DNA of 64,000 nucleotides from Acidimicrobiales bacterium (lineage in GTDB: Bacteria > Actinomycetota > Acidimicrobiia > Acidimicrobiales > AC-14): the NCBI GenBank assembly GCA_035525375.1, contig DATLEI010000027.1, positions 2,976 to 66,975 on the forward strand, given 5' to 3'. Each line of letters opens with the position of its first letter. Position 1 is the first letter of the stretch. The translations under genes were made by a program, and so were the position numbers. Of this stretch, positions 35,102-48,143 are shown piece after piece. The notes below the pieces were generated by a model. It was not told the origin of the DNA, ran no database searches, and saw only the letters and a list, made by a program, of their open reading frames with translations.

Positions 35102-36788
35102 CGCCCCGCCTGATCCAAGACCGCACTTCTGACTCGAGCACATCGAGGGGAAGTGGGCCATGGCGGAGAACCTCGTCATGGAAGGCGCGGAGGTCGAACA
35201 GGCGGGTTTGGTTGTCGGACGCCAGACGGCGCAGCTCGCGAAAACGAATTGCTCCCAGCGTGTACGCAAGTGCCTGGGCCGGCCAGGCTATATAGCGATC
35301 GACCTCGACCTCGACGTCGTGGCCCGGCTTCCCCGTATTTTCGGCCATGAAATCGATCGCTTCTTGGCGGGTCCAACCCATGGCGTGGATGCCGGTGTCG
35401 ACCACAAGGCGCGCCGCCCGCCAGGCTTCGAACACCAATGAGCCGTACGCGTCGAATGGGTCATCGTAGAGCCCCATGTCGTGACCAAGACCCTCCGCAT
35501 ACAATCCCCAGCCTTCGATGAAGGCGGTTTCGTCGAGGTTGCGGCGCCATGGGTGAAGGTCGCCCATCTGCTGGGCCAGCGCGAATTGAAGATGGTGCCC
35601 GGGAACGGCCTCGTGGAGCGCCAGCGGCACCATCTCCCACAGCGGCCGCTGGTCGAGCTGATAGGTGTTGGCAAGGAAATAGCCAGGGCGCCCGGCGGCG
35701 ACTGCGCCGGGGAGGTAGTACGCCGCGGGTGCTGTGCGTTCGGCGTGGGCGGGCATCGGCAGTACGCCGTAGGGCAACCACGGCACAGTGCCGAACAGCC
35801 GGGGCAACTCCGGGTCAATGCGCTTGCAGAGCGCGCGGTACTTGTCCACCAGATCGTCGGGGGTGGCAGCGAAAAAGCGGGTGTCGTGGTGGATGTGGTG
35901 CAAGAACTCGTCACGGCGACCGCCGAAACCGGTTTGCGCCATGGTCTCGGCCATGGCGCCGGCGATGCGGTCGAGTTCGTCGTGCCCGATTCGATGAATT
36001 GTCTCGGGGTCGAAGTCAGTTGACGTCTGCTGGCGAATCCGCCAGCGGTACCAGGCTGCACCGTCGGGCAGATCGGCGATGGCGATCGTCTCGCGGCAGC
36101 CGGGTACATAGGTCTCGACCAGATAGTCCCGGAGCCGGACCAACGCAGGAAAGACATCGCGGGCCAGAACGGCCGTAGCGGCTTGGCGCAGCCGCTTCTG
36201 GGTTTGCGGATCGATCGATGACGGAAGTCGCCCTAGAACCGCGGCCATGCCCGACTCCAGGGGGTCATCGGTGACGACTTCATCGATCTGAGCCGGCGCG
36301 GTTGCGACGGTCACCCTCGGTGGCACGATCGCGGTCGCCAGGCCCTTGCGAAGGAGCTCGATCGTCTGATCCACGAGCGTTGGCACCGCGGCAAGGCGGG
36401 CCAGGACCATTTCCACGTGGTCGACAGATTCAAGGGACATGTCCGAAAGGGAAAGGGGGACTTCCTGCTGCGCGCCGCTGAGCTGACCAACCGGCAACAG
36501 GTGCGTTGGAAACTGCAGCCCCTCTTCGTGGATGCGAGAGTCTCGGAGGAACAGTGCATGGTTCAGTCGCCTTTGGTCGGTCAGCCGCTGGGGATCGATC
36601 GACTCGATTGCGGCAAGGCGTTCCCGCACCCGCTCGTGCCGACGGGCGACCGCATCTGTCGAATGGTCGGTCCATGTCGCGCCCGGTTGGGGCTCGCCCA
36701 CCGCAAATGCGAGCTCCGGGAACTCAGCGAGGTCGTAGGCCCACTGCTCGTCCATGAGGCGATCAAGGCGCGCCGAGTCGTCGGTCAT
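35094..36788 (-). CDS. DUF885 family protein (putative metallopeptidase-like)
   Basis: ORF track 564 aa. LHEAVPGHHLQFALAQQ and the overall length are typical of DUF885. Its stop overlaps the convergent aroQ stop region by 8 nt. Its ATG overlaps the stop of the upstream S9 peptidase (ATGA on the minus strand). Confidence 0.75.
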   Translation of the reverse strand: MTDDSARLDRLMDEQWAYDLAEFPELAFAVGEPQPGATWTDHSTDAVARRHERVRERLAAIESIDPQRLTDQRRLNHALFLRDSRIHEEGLQFPTHLLPVGQLSGAQQEVPLSLSDMSLESVDHVEMVLARLAAVPTLVDQTIELLRKGLATAIVPPRVTVATAPAQIDEVVTDDPLESGMAAVLGRLPSSIDPQTQKRLRQAATAVLARDVFPALVRLRDYLVETYVPGCRETIAIADLPDGAAWYRWRIRQQTSTDFDPETIHRIGHDELDRIAGAMAETMAQTGFGGRRDEFLHHIHHDTRFFAATPDDLVDKYRALCKRIDPELPRLFGTVPWLPYGVLPMPAHAERTAPAAYYLPGAVAAGRPGYFLANTYQLDQRPLWEMVPLALHEAVPGHHLQFALAQQMGDLHPWRRNLDETAFIEGWGLYAEGLGHDMGLYDDPFDAYGSLVFEAWRAARLVVDTGIHAMGWTRQEAIDFMAENTGKPGHDVEVEVDRYIAWPAQALAYTLGAIRFRELRRLASDNQTRLFDLRAFHDEVLRHGPLPLDVLESEVRSWIRRGAS

Positions 36789-38872
36789 TCGTCGGTCCTC
36801 AGTGCGTCCCGAAGAAACCGCACCTGGAGGAGTAGGAGGTTCTCGGCCACGACTTCTTGAGGGGTCATGTGGCTGATGCCGGCGAGCGGCATGACCGTAT
36901 GGTCGCGGCCCGACTCGAACAGGGCGCAGGAGAGCCGCAGGGTGTGGGCGACGACAACGTTGTCGTCGGCGAGTCCATGAATCAGCAGAAGCGGCCGCGA
37001 CAGCTTCGAAGCGTCGTCGAGGATCGAGCTGCGCCCATAGGCATCGGGCTCTTCGTCAGGGTGACCCAGATAGCGCTCGGTGTAGTGAGTGTCGTAGAGG
37101 CGCCAGTCGGTGACCGGCGCGCCGGCGACGGCCGCATGGAAGACGTCAGGTCGGCGAAGCACCGCCAGTGCCGCCAGGTACCCGCCGAACGACCAGCCCC
37201 GTATCGCAACGCGCTCGAGATCCAGCCGTGGATGCTTATCGGCCGCTGCTTGCAGGGCGGCAACCTGGTCATCAAGCGCGGGCCCGGCCAGGTCGAGGTG
37301 CACGGCCCGGTCCCACGCCCGGCCGCGACCGCCAGTGCCGCGGCCGTCGGCGATCAGCACCGCGAACCCCTGGTCCGCAAACCACTGCGACTCGAGGTAG
37401 GCGTTTCGTGCGCGAACGACCCGCTGATGGCCAGGGCCACCGTAGGGGTCGAGCAGGACGGGGAGCTTCGCCGTGTCGTCGGCCCCAGTCGGGAACAGGA
37501 CAGCCGTCTCAATGTGTCGGTTGCCGGCGCGCAAGAAGCTGACCTCGGGAGAGACGACCGGGGTCTCAGCAACGGTCTGGATCTCCCCGAGCGGTTGGCC
37601 GGCTCGGTGGACGGTGACACGAGATCCGAAGGTGGTGAGGTCAGTGGACGACATGATGGTGACGTCACCAGCGAGCACGGCACCGTGGAGCCCGGCTCCG
37701 CTCGTGAGGGGACTCGCTCCTCGCCAGACCTGCACCTCGGCTGGGTCCTCCGACCCGGCGTAGACGAGGTCAGTCTCGGTTGAGATGACACCCATCACCT
37801 CGACGCCCTCGGGTGTCACCGGCCGGCCATCAACGAGCAATCGCATCGTGTCGTTGACATGGGCGGCTGTCACGAGCTCGCCCGCCGCTGTCCACGCCGG
37901 GACGCCAGGCACCAGGTCGAGCCATGCGTCGTCGTGATCCTCGCGGCGCACCTCCGTCGTCCCGGTGTGAGGATCGACGACAAGTACCTGCGCGTGACGT
38001 TGATCACGTGACTGCACCAGGAGGGTCAACGGAGAACCCTCCGCCCAGTTCACCCTGGCCAGGTACGGATAGCGAGCCCGGTCCCATGCGACCTCAACGG
38101 TCGCGCCGTCGAGCCAGACGACATGCAACGAGACGTCGGCGTTCGCGGTACCAGCGGCCGGGTACGCGACGACGACCGGCGCGCGTGATGGCTCGGTCGG
38201 GTCGGATAGATGCCATTTCTCAACGCCGGCGATGTCGACGCGAGCGACCGCGACTGCGTCGCCGGACGGCGACCACCAGTACCCCCGGCTCCGGCCCATC
38301 TCCTCGGCGGCGACGAACTCAGCCAGCCCCCAGGTGACCTCGGCGTCGCCTTCCTCCGACGGCGTGACGACCTCATCCCGTCCGCCACGGTGGACGACGT
38401 GCAGCCGTCCGTCGCAGACGTAAGCGACCCGGGCTCCCGTCGGATCGGGCCGGGGATCGACGACCGGACCGGGCGCGGGGATGGTGGTCGAGCTGCCGCT
38501 CACCAGGTCGGCGCGGAACAGCTCGCCGCCGATGGCGAAGGTCGCTGTCGTCAGGAGACGATCAGTGCCGTAGGCGACAACCCCACCTGCCGACTCACGA
38601 GCTCGCTCCCGGCGCGCCCGCTCCTCGATCGGAAGATCTTCGATGGCGGCACTGGTTAGCTGGCGTGGATCTGCGACGAGTCGCTCCGCGAACGGATCGA
38701 CGTCAATCACCCACACGCAGTTGATCGGGTCGTCACCGGCGCGGGACCGAAGGTAGGTAATGCGTGAACCGTCGGCGGCAACGCGGATGTCGCGAGGTCG
38801 GCCAAGGGAGAACCGGCGCGTGCGCGCCTGCTGTCTGGGAAAGCTCGGCACGGAGTCGGACTCTGTCGTCAC
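36785..38872 (-). CDS. S9B family serine peptidase (dipeptidyl-peptidase IV / prolyl tripeptidyl peptidase-like)
   Basis: ORF track 695 aa. The N-terminal beta-propeller carries the DPP-IV signature RGYWWSPSGDAVAV. The C-terminal alpha/beta domain has GWSFGGY (Ser), LLIHGLADDNV (Asp) and GISHM (His). Confidence 0.85.
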   Translation of the reverse strand: MTTESDSVPSFPRQQARTRRFSLGRPRDIRVAADGSRITYLRSRAGDDPINCVWVIDVDPFAERLVADPRQLTSAAIEDLPIEERARRERARESAGGVVAYGTDRLLTTATFAIGGELFRADLVSGSSTTIPAPGPVVDPRPDPTGARVAYVCDGRLHVVHRGGRDEVVTPSEEGDAEVTWGLAEFVAAEEMGRSRGYWWSPSGDAVAVARVDIAGVEKWHLSDPTEPSRAPVVVAYPAAGTANADVSLHVVWLDGATVEVAWDRARYPYLARVNWAEGSPLTLLVQSRDQRHAQVLVVDPHTGTTEVRREDHDDAWLDLVPGVPAWTAAGELVTAAHVNDTMRLLVDGRPVTPEGVEVMGVISTETDLVYAGSEDPAEVQVWRGASPLTSGAGLHGAVLAGDVTIMSSTDLTTFGSRVTVHRAGQPLGEIQTVAETPVVSPEVSFLRAGNRHIETAVLFPTGADDTAKLPVLLDPYGGPGHQRVVRARNAYLESQWFADQGFAVLIADGRGTGGRGRAWDRAVHLDLAGPALDDQVAALQAAADKHPRLDLERVAIRGWSFGGYLAALAVLRRPDVFHAAVAGAPVTDWRLYDTHYTERYLGHPDEEPDAYGRSSILDDASKLSRPLLLIHGLADDNVVVAHTLRLSCALFESGRDHTVMPLAGISHMTPQEVVAENLLLLQVRFLRDALRTDE

Positions 38873-38900
38873 GCCCGGTACGCTACGGGACGATCACACG

Positions 38901-39464
38901 ATGAATGTCTCAACGAACGACCTCAAGAACGGGATGGCGCTCAACCTGCCTGACGGGCTCTACACCGTCGTCGAGTTCCAACACGTGAAGCCGGGCAAGG
39001 GCGGCGCCTTCGTCCGCACAAAGCTCAAGAACGTGCGCACCGGAGCGGTCATCGACCGCACCTATCGTGCCGACGAAAAGCTCGAGCAGGCCATGATCGA
39101 CAAGCGGGAGATGCAATACCTCTACCGCGAGGGCGTCCACCGCGTCTTCATGGACAACGTCGACTACGACCAGATCAATGTCGAAGACGGCCCCCTCGGT
39201 GACGCGGCCAATTATCTCGTCGAAGGCAACTCAGTCGTGCTGCAAATGCATGACGGCAATGTGGTTGGCGTCGATCTCCCGGCTGCGGTCGAGTTGCGAG
39301 TGACTGAGACCGAACCCGGCGTGCAGGGTGATCGCGTCTCCGGCGCGCGAAAGCCGGCCACCCTCGAAACCGGCATCACTGTGCAGGTACCCCTCTTCGT
39401 CGGTCCGGGCGAGCGCATCAAGGTCGATACGCGCACCGGCGAATACCTCACGAGGGTGGGTTGA
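38901..39464 (+). CDS. efp: Elongation factor P
   Basis: Part of ORF 38760-39464. ATG 38901 gives MNVSTNDLKNGMALNLPDGLYTVVEFQHVKPGKGGAFVRTKLKNVRTG..., classic EF-P. Confidence 0.96.
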   Translation: MNVSTNDLKNGMALNLPDGLYTVVEFQHVKPGKGGAFVRTKLKNVRTGAVIDRTYRADEKLEQAMIDKREMQYLYREGVHRVFMDNVDYDQINVEDGPLGDAANYLVEGNSVVLQMHDGNVVGVDLPAAVELRVTETEPGVQGDRVSGARKPATLETGITVQVPLFVGPGERIKVDTRTGEYLTRVG

Positions 39465-39895
39465 CGGCAGGCGAACCTCCTTCGGTTCGTGGAACCCGCC
39501 GTCAGGCAAGGGAGCGAGCGCTCTCGCTGCTCTACGAGGCAGAGACCAAGGGTGTTCATGCCAGCGAGGTCCTTTCGGAACTTCCTGTCGAACCGGCGCG
39601 CTTCGCTGATGACCTCGTGCGGGGCGTCGCCGAGCACGAGGTCGAGCTCGACCGGTACCTCAACGACTATGCCCACGAGTGGACGGTTGACCGGATGCCG
39701 GCGCTTGATCGGGCTTTGCTGCGAATGAGCGTGTTCGAGCTGCTGTACCGGCCTGACGTGCCGACCGGCGTCGTAGTTTCCGAAGCCGTCGATCTGGCCC
39801 AGGACTACTCCACCGAGGAGTCGGCGCGCTTCGTCAACGGCATGCTGTCGAAGATCGCCGAGGCCGTCCGGCCCGAGCCGGTGGTCGAGCTCTAA
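39461..39895 (+). CDS. nusB: Transcription antitermination factor NusB
   Basis: ORF track 144 aa, TTGA overlap with efp. RRQARERALSLLYEAE...DRALLRMSVFELLYRPDVP..VVVSEAVDLAQDYSTEES.RFVNGML. Confidence 0.93.
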   Translation: MTAGEPPSVRGTRRQARERALSLLYEAETKGVHASEVLSELPVEPARFADDLVRGVAEHEVELDRYLNDYAHEWTVDRMPALDRALLRMSVFELLYRPDVPTGVVVSEAVDLAQDYSTEESARFVNGMLSKIAEAVRPEPVVEL

Positions 39896-39927
39896 TCCGC
39901 TCGTTCTGCGCTACAGTCTCAGCTACA

Positions 39928-39959
39928 CCGTTAATTCTGGTCCTGTGAGGCCAGCACGG
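39928..39959 (+). promoter_or_regulatory. Candidate PyrR-binding hairpin (pyr attenuator binding loop)
   Basis: CCG uuaauu CUGG UCCUGUGAGG CCAG ca CGG forms a two-tier hairpin. Its terminal loop UCC.G.GAGG matches the conserved UCCAGAGAGG core of PyrR-binding loops as I remember it. It lies in the 143-nt leader directly upstream of pyrR. Confidence 0.6.
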
Positions 39960-39997
39960 AGCAGGAGTCAGATTGGCCGAACGAGAACGATCTGCAG

Positions 39998-40021
39998 CGC
40001 CCCCGCATGGGGGCGTTTTTT
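39998..40021 (+). terminator. Intrinsic terminator in the pyrR leader (attenuator)
   Basis: CGCCCCC (39998-40004), GCAT loop, GGGGGCG (40009-40015), then TTTTTT (40016-40021). It ends 17 nt before the pyrR ATG at 40039. Confidence 0.8.
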
Positions 40022-40038
40022 CTGCCCAAGCCCAGGTC

Positions 40039-40557
40039 ATGAACGCCGATGACCTGCGGCGGGCGATCACCCGGATCGCCCACGAGATCGTTGAGCGCAA
40101 CCAGGGCCTTGCGTCCGTCGTGCTCGTCGGCCTTCAGACCGGGGGTGTGCGTCTGGCGGCCCGACTGGCCGAAGCGCTGGCCCAGGTAGAGCACACCGAG
40201 GTGCCCGTTGGAACGCTCGATGTCGCCTTTTATCGCGATGACATCGGCCTCCGTCCGGTGATGCCGGAGGCGGTCACCGACATCCCGTTCGACCTCACCG
40301 GCAGTGTCGTGATCCTTGTCGACGACGTGCTGTTTACGGGCCGTACAGTGCGCGCCGCTCTCGACGCGCTGAACCACTACGGGCGCCCCCGCGCCGTCCA
40401 GCTCGCGGTCATGGTCGACAGGGGGCACCGCGAGCTACCGATCCGACCCGACTTCGTGGGGAAGAACCTGCCGACACGCCACGATGAAATGGTCGACGTG
40501 CGTGACGACGGCGTCGACGTAGGCGAGATGGTGCCCCGCGCCAAGAGGGCCAACTGA
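40039..40557 (+). CDS. pyrR: Bifunctional pyrimidine operon regulator / uracil phosphoribosyltransferase PyrR
   Basis: ORF track 39973-40557, but the first 22 codons span the terminator hairpin. ATG 40039 gives [23 protein letters not shown]...[21 protein letters not shown]...[13 protein letters not shown]. Confidence 0.93.
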   Translation: MNADDLRRAITRIAHEIVERNQGLASVVLVGLQTGGVRLAARLAEALAQVEHTEVPVGTLDVAFYRDDIGLRPVMPEAVTDIPFDLTGSVVILVDDVLFTGRTVRAALDALNHYGRPRAVQLAVMVDRGHRELPIRPDFVGKNLPTRHDEMVDVRDDGVDVGEMVPRAKRAN

Positions 40558-41478
40558 GTGGTCGGCAACCTTCTCTCGGTGGCCGACCTCGGCGCGGAGG
40601 GAATTGAGGAGGTGATGGCTGTCACCGATTCGTTCGTGGAGGTGAGCGAGCGCGCCATCCCCAAGGTTCCGACACTTCGAGGCAAGACCGTCGTTTCTCT
40701 TTTCTACGAGGACTCGACCCGCACCCGCTTGTCGTTCGAAGCGGCTGCAAAGCGGCTCTCGGCGGACACGATGAACTTTGCCGTTTCCTCGTCATCGGTG
40801 AGCAAGGGCGAGTCGCTACGCGACACGGTGCAAACCATCGAGGCAATGGGTGTCGACGCGTTAATAGTGCGCCACTGCTCCGCCGGGGTGCCCTGGCAGA
40901 TTTCCTCGTGGGTGGACGCATCGGTCATCAACGCCGGCGACGGATGGCACGAGCACCCCACACAGGCACTTCTCGACTGCTACACCGTCCGGGGAAAACG
41001 GGGTTCACTCGAGGGCCTCCGCATCGCGATCGTCGGCGACGTGAAGCACTCGCGGGTCGCCCGCTCGAACGTTCTCGCCTTCGCCCTCCTTGGTGCCGAG
41101 ATCACCCTCGTCGCCCCGCCGACACTGCTGCCGCCGAGCCTCGACGGCTGGCCCGTCACTGTTAGTCACCGGATCGACGACGTCCTTCCCAAATGCGACA
41201 TCGTCTACCTGTTGCGGATGCAGTCCGAGCGCCAGAGTGAAGCACTCCTTCCGTCGCTCCGGGAGTACACGGCTCGTTATGGCCTGACCCGAGCACGAGC
41301 CGACCTCCTGCAGGATGACGCACTCGTCATGCATCCGGGGCCCATGAACCGGGGCGTGGAGATCGCTGCTGACGTGGCCGAGTTTCCTTGCTCGGTGATC
41401 ACCCGTCAGGTCGCCAACGGCGTGGCCGTGCGCATGGCTGTTCTCTTCCTCCTCCTCGGCGCGTCGCCGAATGCCTGA
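40558..41478 (+). CDS. pyrB: Aspartate carbamoyltransferase catalytic subunit
   Basis: ORF track 306 aa, GTG start. FYEDSTRTRLSFE, HPTQALLD and HPGPMNRGVEI are present. Confidence 0.96.
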   Translation: MVGNLLSVADLGAEGIEEVMAVTDSFVEVSERAIPKVPTLRGKTVVSLFYEDSTRTRLSFEAAAKRLSADTMNFAVSSSSVSKGESLRDTVQTIEAMGVDALIVRHCSAGVPWQISSWVDASVINAGDGWHEHPTQALLDCYTVRGKRGSLEGLRIAIVGDVKHSRVARSNVLAFALLGAEITLVAPPTLLPPSLDGWPVTVSHRIDDVLPKCDIVYLLRMQSERQSEALLPSLREYTARYGLTRARADLLQDDALVMHPGPMNRGVEIAADVAEFPCSVITRQVANGVAVRMAVLFLLLGASPNA

Positions 41479-42769
41479 TTCGATTGTCGTCATCAGAGGC
41501 GGCACGGTCGTCGATGCAACCGGCTCGCGCCGGGCCGACGTCCTGATCCGTGACGACCGCATCGTCGCCGTCGAAAGCGCGGTTGATCCACCCGGGGGGG
41601 CCACAGTGCTCGACGCCGGCGGCTGCATCGTCGCTCCCGGTCTCGTGGATCTCCATGCCCATCTGCGTCAACCCGGCGCCGAGCAAGCGGAAACGGTCGA
41701 GTCCGGCTCACGCGCTGCTGCCCTCGGCGGGTACACGGCGGTAGTGGCGATGCCCAACACCAATCCGGCCATCGACTCGGCGGCGGTGGTGCGCGAGGTA
41801 CAGGAACTGGCGGTGACGGCGCTCTGCGACGTCCGCGTCGCCGGCGCGATCACTGTTGGGCGCAAAGGCGAGGCGTTGTCGCCGCTGGGGGAGATGGCCG
41901 ATCTCGGCGTCAAGCTGTTCACCGACGACGGCACTGGCGTGCAGGACTCCCGTCTCATGCGCCGTGCCCTCGAATACGCGTCGGCGCTGGGCGTCACGTT
42001 GGCCCAGCACTGCGAAGATCTTTCGCTCGCCGCCGGTGGTCAGATGAACGAAGGCGCCTGGTCGAGCCGCCTCGGACTGCCGGGCGCGCCGGCGCAGGCG
42101 GAAGAGGTCATGCTCGCCAGAGATCTTGCGCTCCTTCGCGTGACCGCCGGGATGGGCGCTCGTATGCATTTTCAGCACCTGAGCACCGAGGGCTCGATGG
42201 ACATGGTCAGGGCGGCGCGCGCCGAAGGACTTCCGGTGACGGCTGAAGCGGCGCCGCATCACTTCACCCTGACCGACGAACGGGTCCAGTCCTACGACCC
42301 CGTGTTCAAGGTCAACCCGCCGTTACGCAGCGCCCGTGACGTCGAAGCGGTCAAGGTCGCACTTCGGGCCGGAACGCTTGACGCCATCGCAACCGACCAC
42401 GCCCCTCATCCGCAGGAAGACAAGGAACGGCCTTTCGACCAGGCGGCTCCGGGGATGGTGGGCCTCGAGACCGCGCTGGCTCTGGCGATCACTGAACTCG
42501 ATTTGCCCATCGAGCAAGTCCTCGCCCTCATGAGTTGGCAACCAGCACGAATCGCGGGCCTGGAGGCGACGCAAGGCAACAGTTTTATCGAGGGGTCCAG
42601 CGCGAACGTCTGCATCTTCAATGCGCACGAAACCTGGCTGGTCGACGCTGCGACGTTGGCGAGTAGGAGTAAGAACACTCCCTACGACGGCATGAAGCTC
42701 ACGGGCCGCGTGCGCCACACCGTGTACGAGGGTGAGATCGTCGTGAAGGACGCCGAGGCGCAGAGATGA
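41471..42769 (+). CDS. pyrC: Dihydroorotase
   Basis: ORF track 432 aa, 8-nt overlap with pyr[14 protein letters not shown], and ATDHAPH...K carboxylated-Lys-type amidohydrolase motifs are present. Confidence 0.94.
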   Translation: MPDSIVVIRGGTVVDATGSRRADVLIRDDRIVAVESAVDPPGGATVLDAGGCIVAPGLVDLHAHLRQPGAEQAETVESGSRAAALGGYTAVVAMPNTNPAIDSAAVVREVQELAVTALCDVRVAGAITVGRKGEALSPLGEMADLGVKLFTDDGTGVQDSRLMRRALEYASALGVTLAQHCEDLSLAAGGQMNEGAWSSRLGLPGAPAQAEEVMLARDLALLRVTAGMGARMHFQHLSTEGSMDMVRAARAEGLPVTAEAAPHHFTLTDERVQSYDPVFKVNPPLRSARDVEAVKVALRAGTLDAIATDHAPHPQEDKERPFDQAAPGMVGLETALALAITELDLPIEQVLALMSWQPARIAGLEATQGNSFIEGSSANVCIFNAHETWLVDAATLASRSKNTPYDGMKLTGRVRHTVYEGEIVVKDAEAQR

Positions 42770-43862
42770 CGAGAGTGGCTCATCTCGTCCTTGCCGATGG
42801 CACCTGTTTCGAAGGTGAAGCCGCAGGCGCGCCGGCTGCGGTCACGACCGGCGAGGTCGTCTTCAACACGGTGATGAGTGGCTACCAGGAGGTCATCACC
42901 GATCCCTCCTACGCCGGCCAGGTCATCGCCTTCACGTACCCGCAGATCGGCAACTACGGCGTCAGTGCGATAGACGATGAGAGCCGGCGCGCCCATTGCC
43001 GAGGCATTGTCGTGCGCGACCTGGCTCGCCGTCCCTCGAACTGGCGAGCGAATGCTGACCTCGACACCTGGCTGCGAGCGAACGACATACCGGCAATCAC
43101 TGGCATCGACACTCGCCGCCTCACCCGCCACATCCGCGACGCCGGTTCCATGCCGTGCGCGTTCGGCACTGCTGACGAGGTGACATTGAAGGAAGCGGCA
43201 CGTGCCGAGCCGGGCACCGACGGGGTCGACCTCGTCGCCACGGTCACCACCGACGAAGCCTTCACAACCGGCACAGGACCGTTCCGTGTCGTCGCCTACG
43301 ACTTCGGAATCAAGACCAGCATCCTGCGGCTGCTCGAACAGCTGGCGACGGTAGAGGTCGTTCCGGCGGCGACAACCGCCAGTGACGTTCTCGCTCGCAA
43401 CCCTGACGGTGTCTTTCTCTCGAACGGTCCCGGCGACCCGGCGGCAGTGGCGTATGCCACAGAGTCGATCGGCGTACTGCTCGGCGCGGTGCCGGTGTTC
43501 GGTATCTGTCTCGGCCACCAGCTTCTCGCTCACGCCCTCGGCGGCCAGACCCACAAGCTCTCGTTCGGACATCACGGCGGCAACCATCCGGTGCGTCGCC
43601 TCTCCGACGATGCGGTGGAGATTACGAGTCAGAACCACAACTACGCCGTTGTCGAAGGCTCCATCGCCTCGGCCGACGTCACCCACGTAAACCTCAACGA
43701 CGGCGTCATCGAAGGTCTGCGGTGTCGCGACGTCCCTGCCTTCAGTGTCCAGTACCACCCCGAAGCCGGGCCCGGACCCCATGACGCTCGCTACCTGTTC
43801 GATGACTTCGTCGACCTCATGCGAAGCGGTACCCGGCCGCCGCGTCCCGAGGGTGGCCGCTA

Positions 43863-43863
<1 letters not shown>
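42766..43863 (+). CDS. carA: Carbamoyl-phosphate synthase small (glutaminase) subunit
   Basis: ORF track 365 aa, ATGA overlap with pyr[30 protein letters not shown] (Cys nucleophile) and QYHPEA are present. Confidence 0.96.
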
Positions 43864-47204
<3,341 letters not shown>

Positions 47205-47213
47205 GCGATCACG

Positions 47214-48143
47214 CTGCCTGACGCCGTTGATCTGTCGGCGCGAGTCGGCGCCCTCACGCTGCCGAACCCTGTCCTGACTGCGGCCGGGACCTCAGGGCAC
47301 GGCGCGGAACTGTCAGCGTTCTTCGATCTGTCGTCGTTGGGCGCCGTCGTCGTGAAGTCGATCTCGGCACAACCGTGGGGCGGGAACGCAGCGCCGCGAG
47401 TACACGAGGCTGACTTTGGCATGCTCAACTCGGTCGGGCTCCAGAACCCAGGCGTGGGGGATTGGCTCGCCGAGGAGGTGCCCGCTCTCGTTACTTCCGG
47501 CGCGCGCGTTGTCGCCTCGATCTGGGGGCGCGCCGTCGACGACTACGCGACTGTCGCATCCGCCCTTCGCGACGCGCCGGCGGCGGTGATCGCGGTTGAG
47601 GTCAACCTGAGCTGCCCAAACCTCGACGGTGGCCGTCACATGTTCGCCCACTCGACGTCAGCCACCAGCGAAGCCATCTCTGCCAGCCTCGGGTGTGGTC
47701 GTCCGGTGTGGGCGAAGCTGAGTCCGAATGTTGCCGACATCACCGAGATCGCCGGCGCGGCGATCTCCGCCGGTGCCAGCGCGCTCACCCTCGTCAACAC
47801 GGTGATGGGGATGGCGATCGACACCGAGACACGCCGCCCCATTCTCGGGGCAGGCACGGGGGGTCTAAGTGGACCTGCGATCCGCCCCGTCGCCGTTCGG
47901 GCGTTGCGCGAGTGCCATCTCGCGTTTCCCGACGTCTCGCTCGTCGGGGTCGGCGGAGTCAGCCGCGGTGAGCACGCGGTCGAGCTTCTGCTCGCCGGTG
48001 CCAGTGCCGTACAGGTCGGTACCGCCACCTTCGCCGATCCTCGCGCGCCGGCACGAGTCCTGGCCGAACTTCGGGACTGGTGTATCCGCCATGATGTCAC
48101 CGCCGTGTCTCAACTCGTGGGGAGTGTCTATGGAGCTTCGTGA
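47214..48143 (+). CDS. pyrD: Dihydroorotate dehydrogenase, class 1 (Cys catalytic base)
   Basis: The ORF track starts at TTG 47337. The same frame upstream, directly after the carB TAG at 47202-47204, encodes AITLPDAVDLSARVGALTLPNPVLTAAGTSGHGAELSAFFDLSS. This holds the conserved LxNPVxxAxGT N-terminal strand and loop. The only candidates are ATC 47208, CTG 47214 and CTG 47232. NLSCPN (Cys base) marks class 1. The stop is certain and the start is inferred. Confidence 0.87.
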   Translation: MPDAVDLSARVGALTLPNPVLTAAGTSGHGAELSAFFDLSSLGAVVVKSISAQPWGGNAAPRVHEADFGMLNSVGLQNPGVGDWLAEEVPALVTSGARVVASIWGRAVDDYATVASALRDAPAAVIAVEVNLSCPNLDGGRHMFAHSTSATSEAISASLGCGRPVWAKLSPNVADITEIAGAAISAGASALTLVNTVMGMAIDTETRRPILGAGTGGLSGPAIRPVAVRALRECHLAFPDVSLVGVGGVSRGEHAVELLLAGASAVQVGTATFADPRAPARVLAELRDWCIRHDVTAVSQLVGSVYGAS

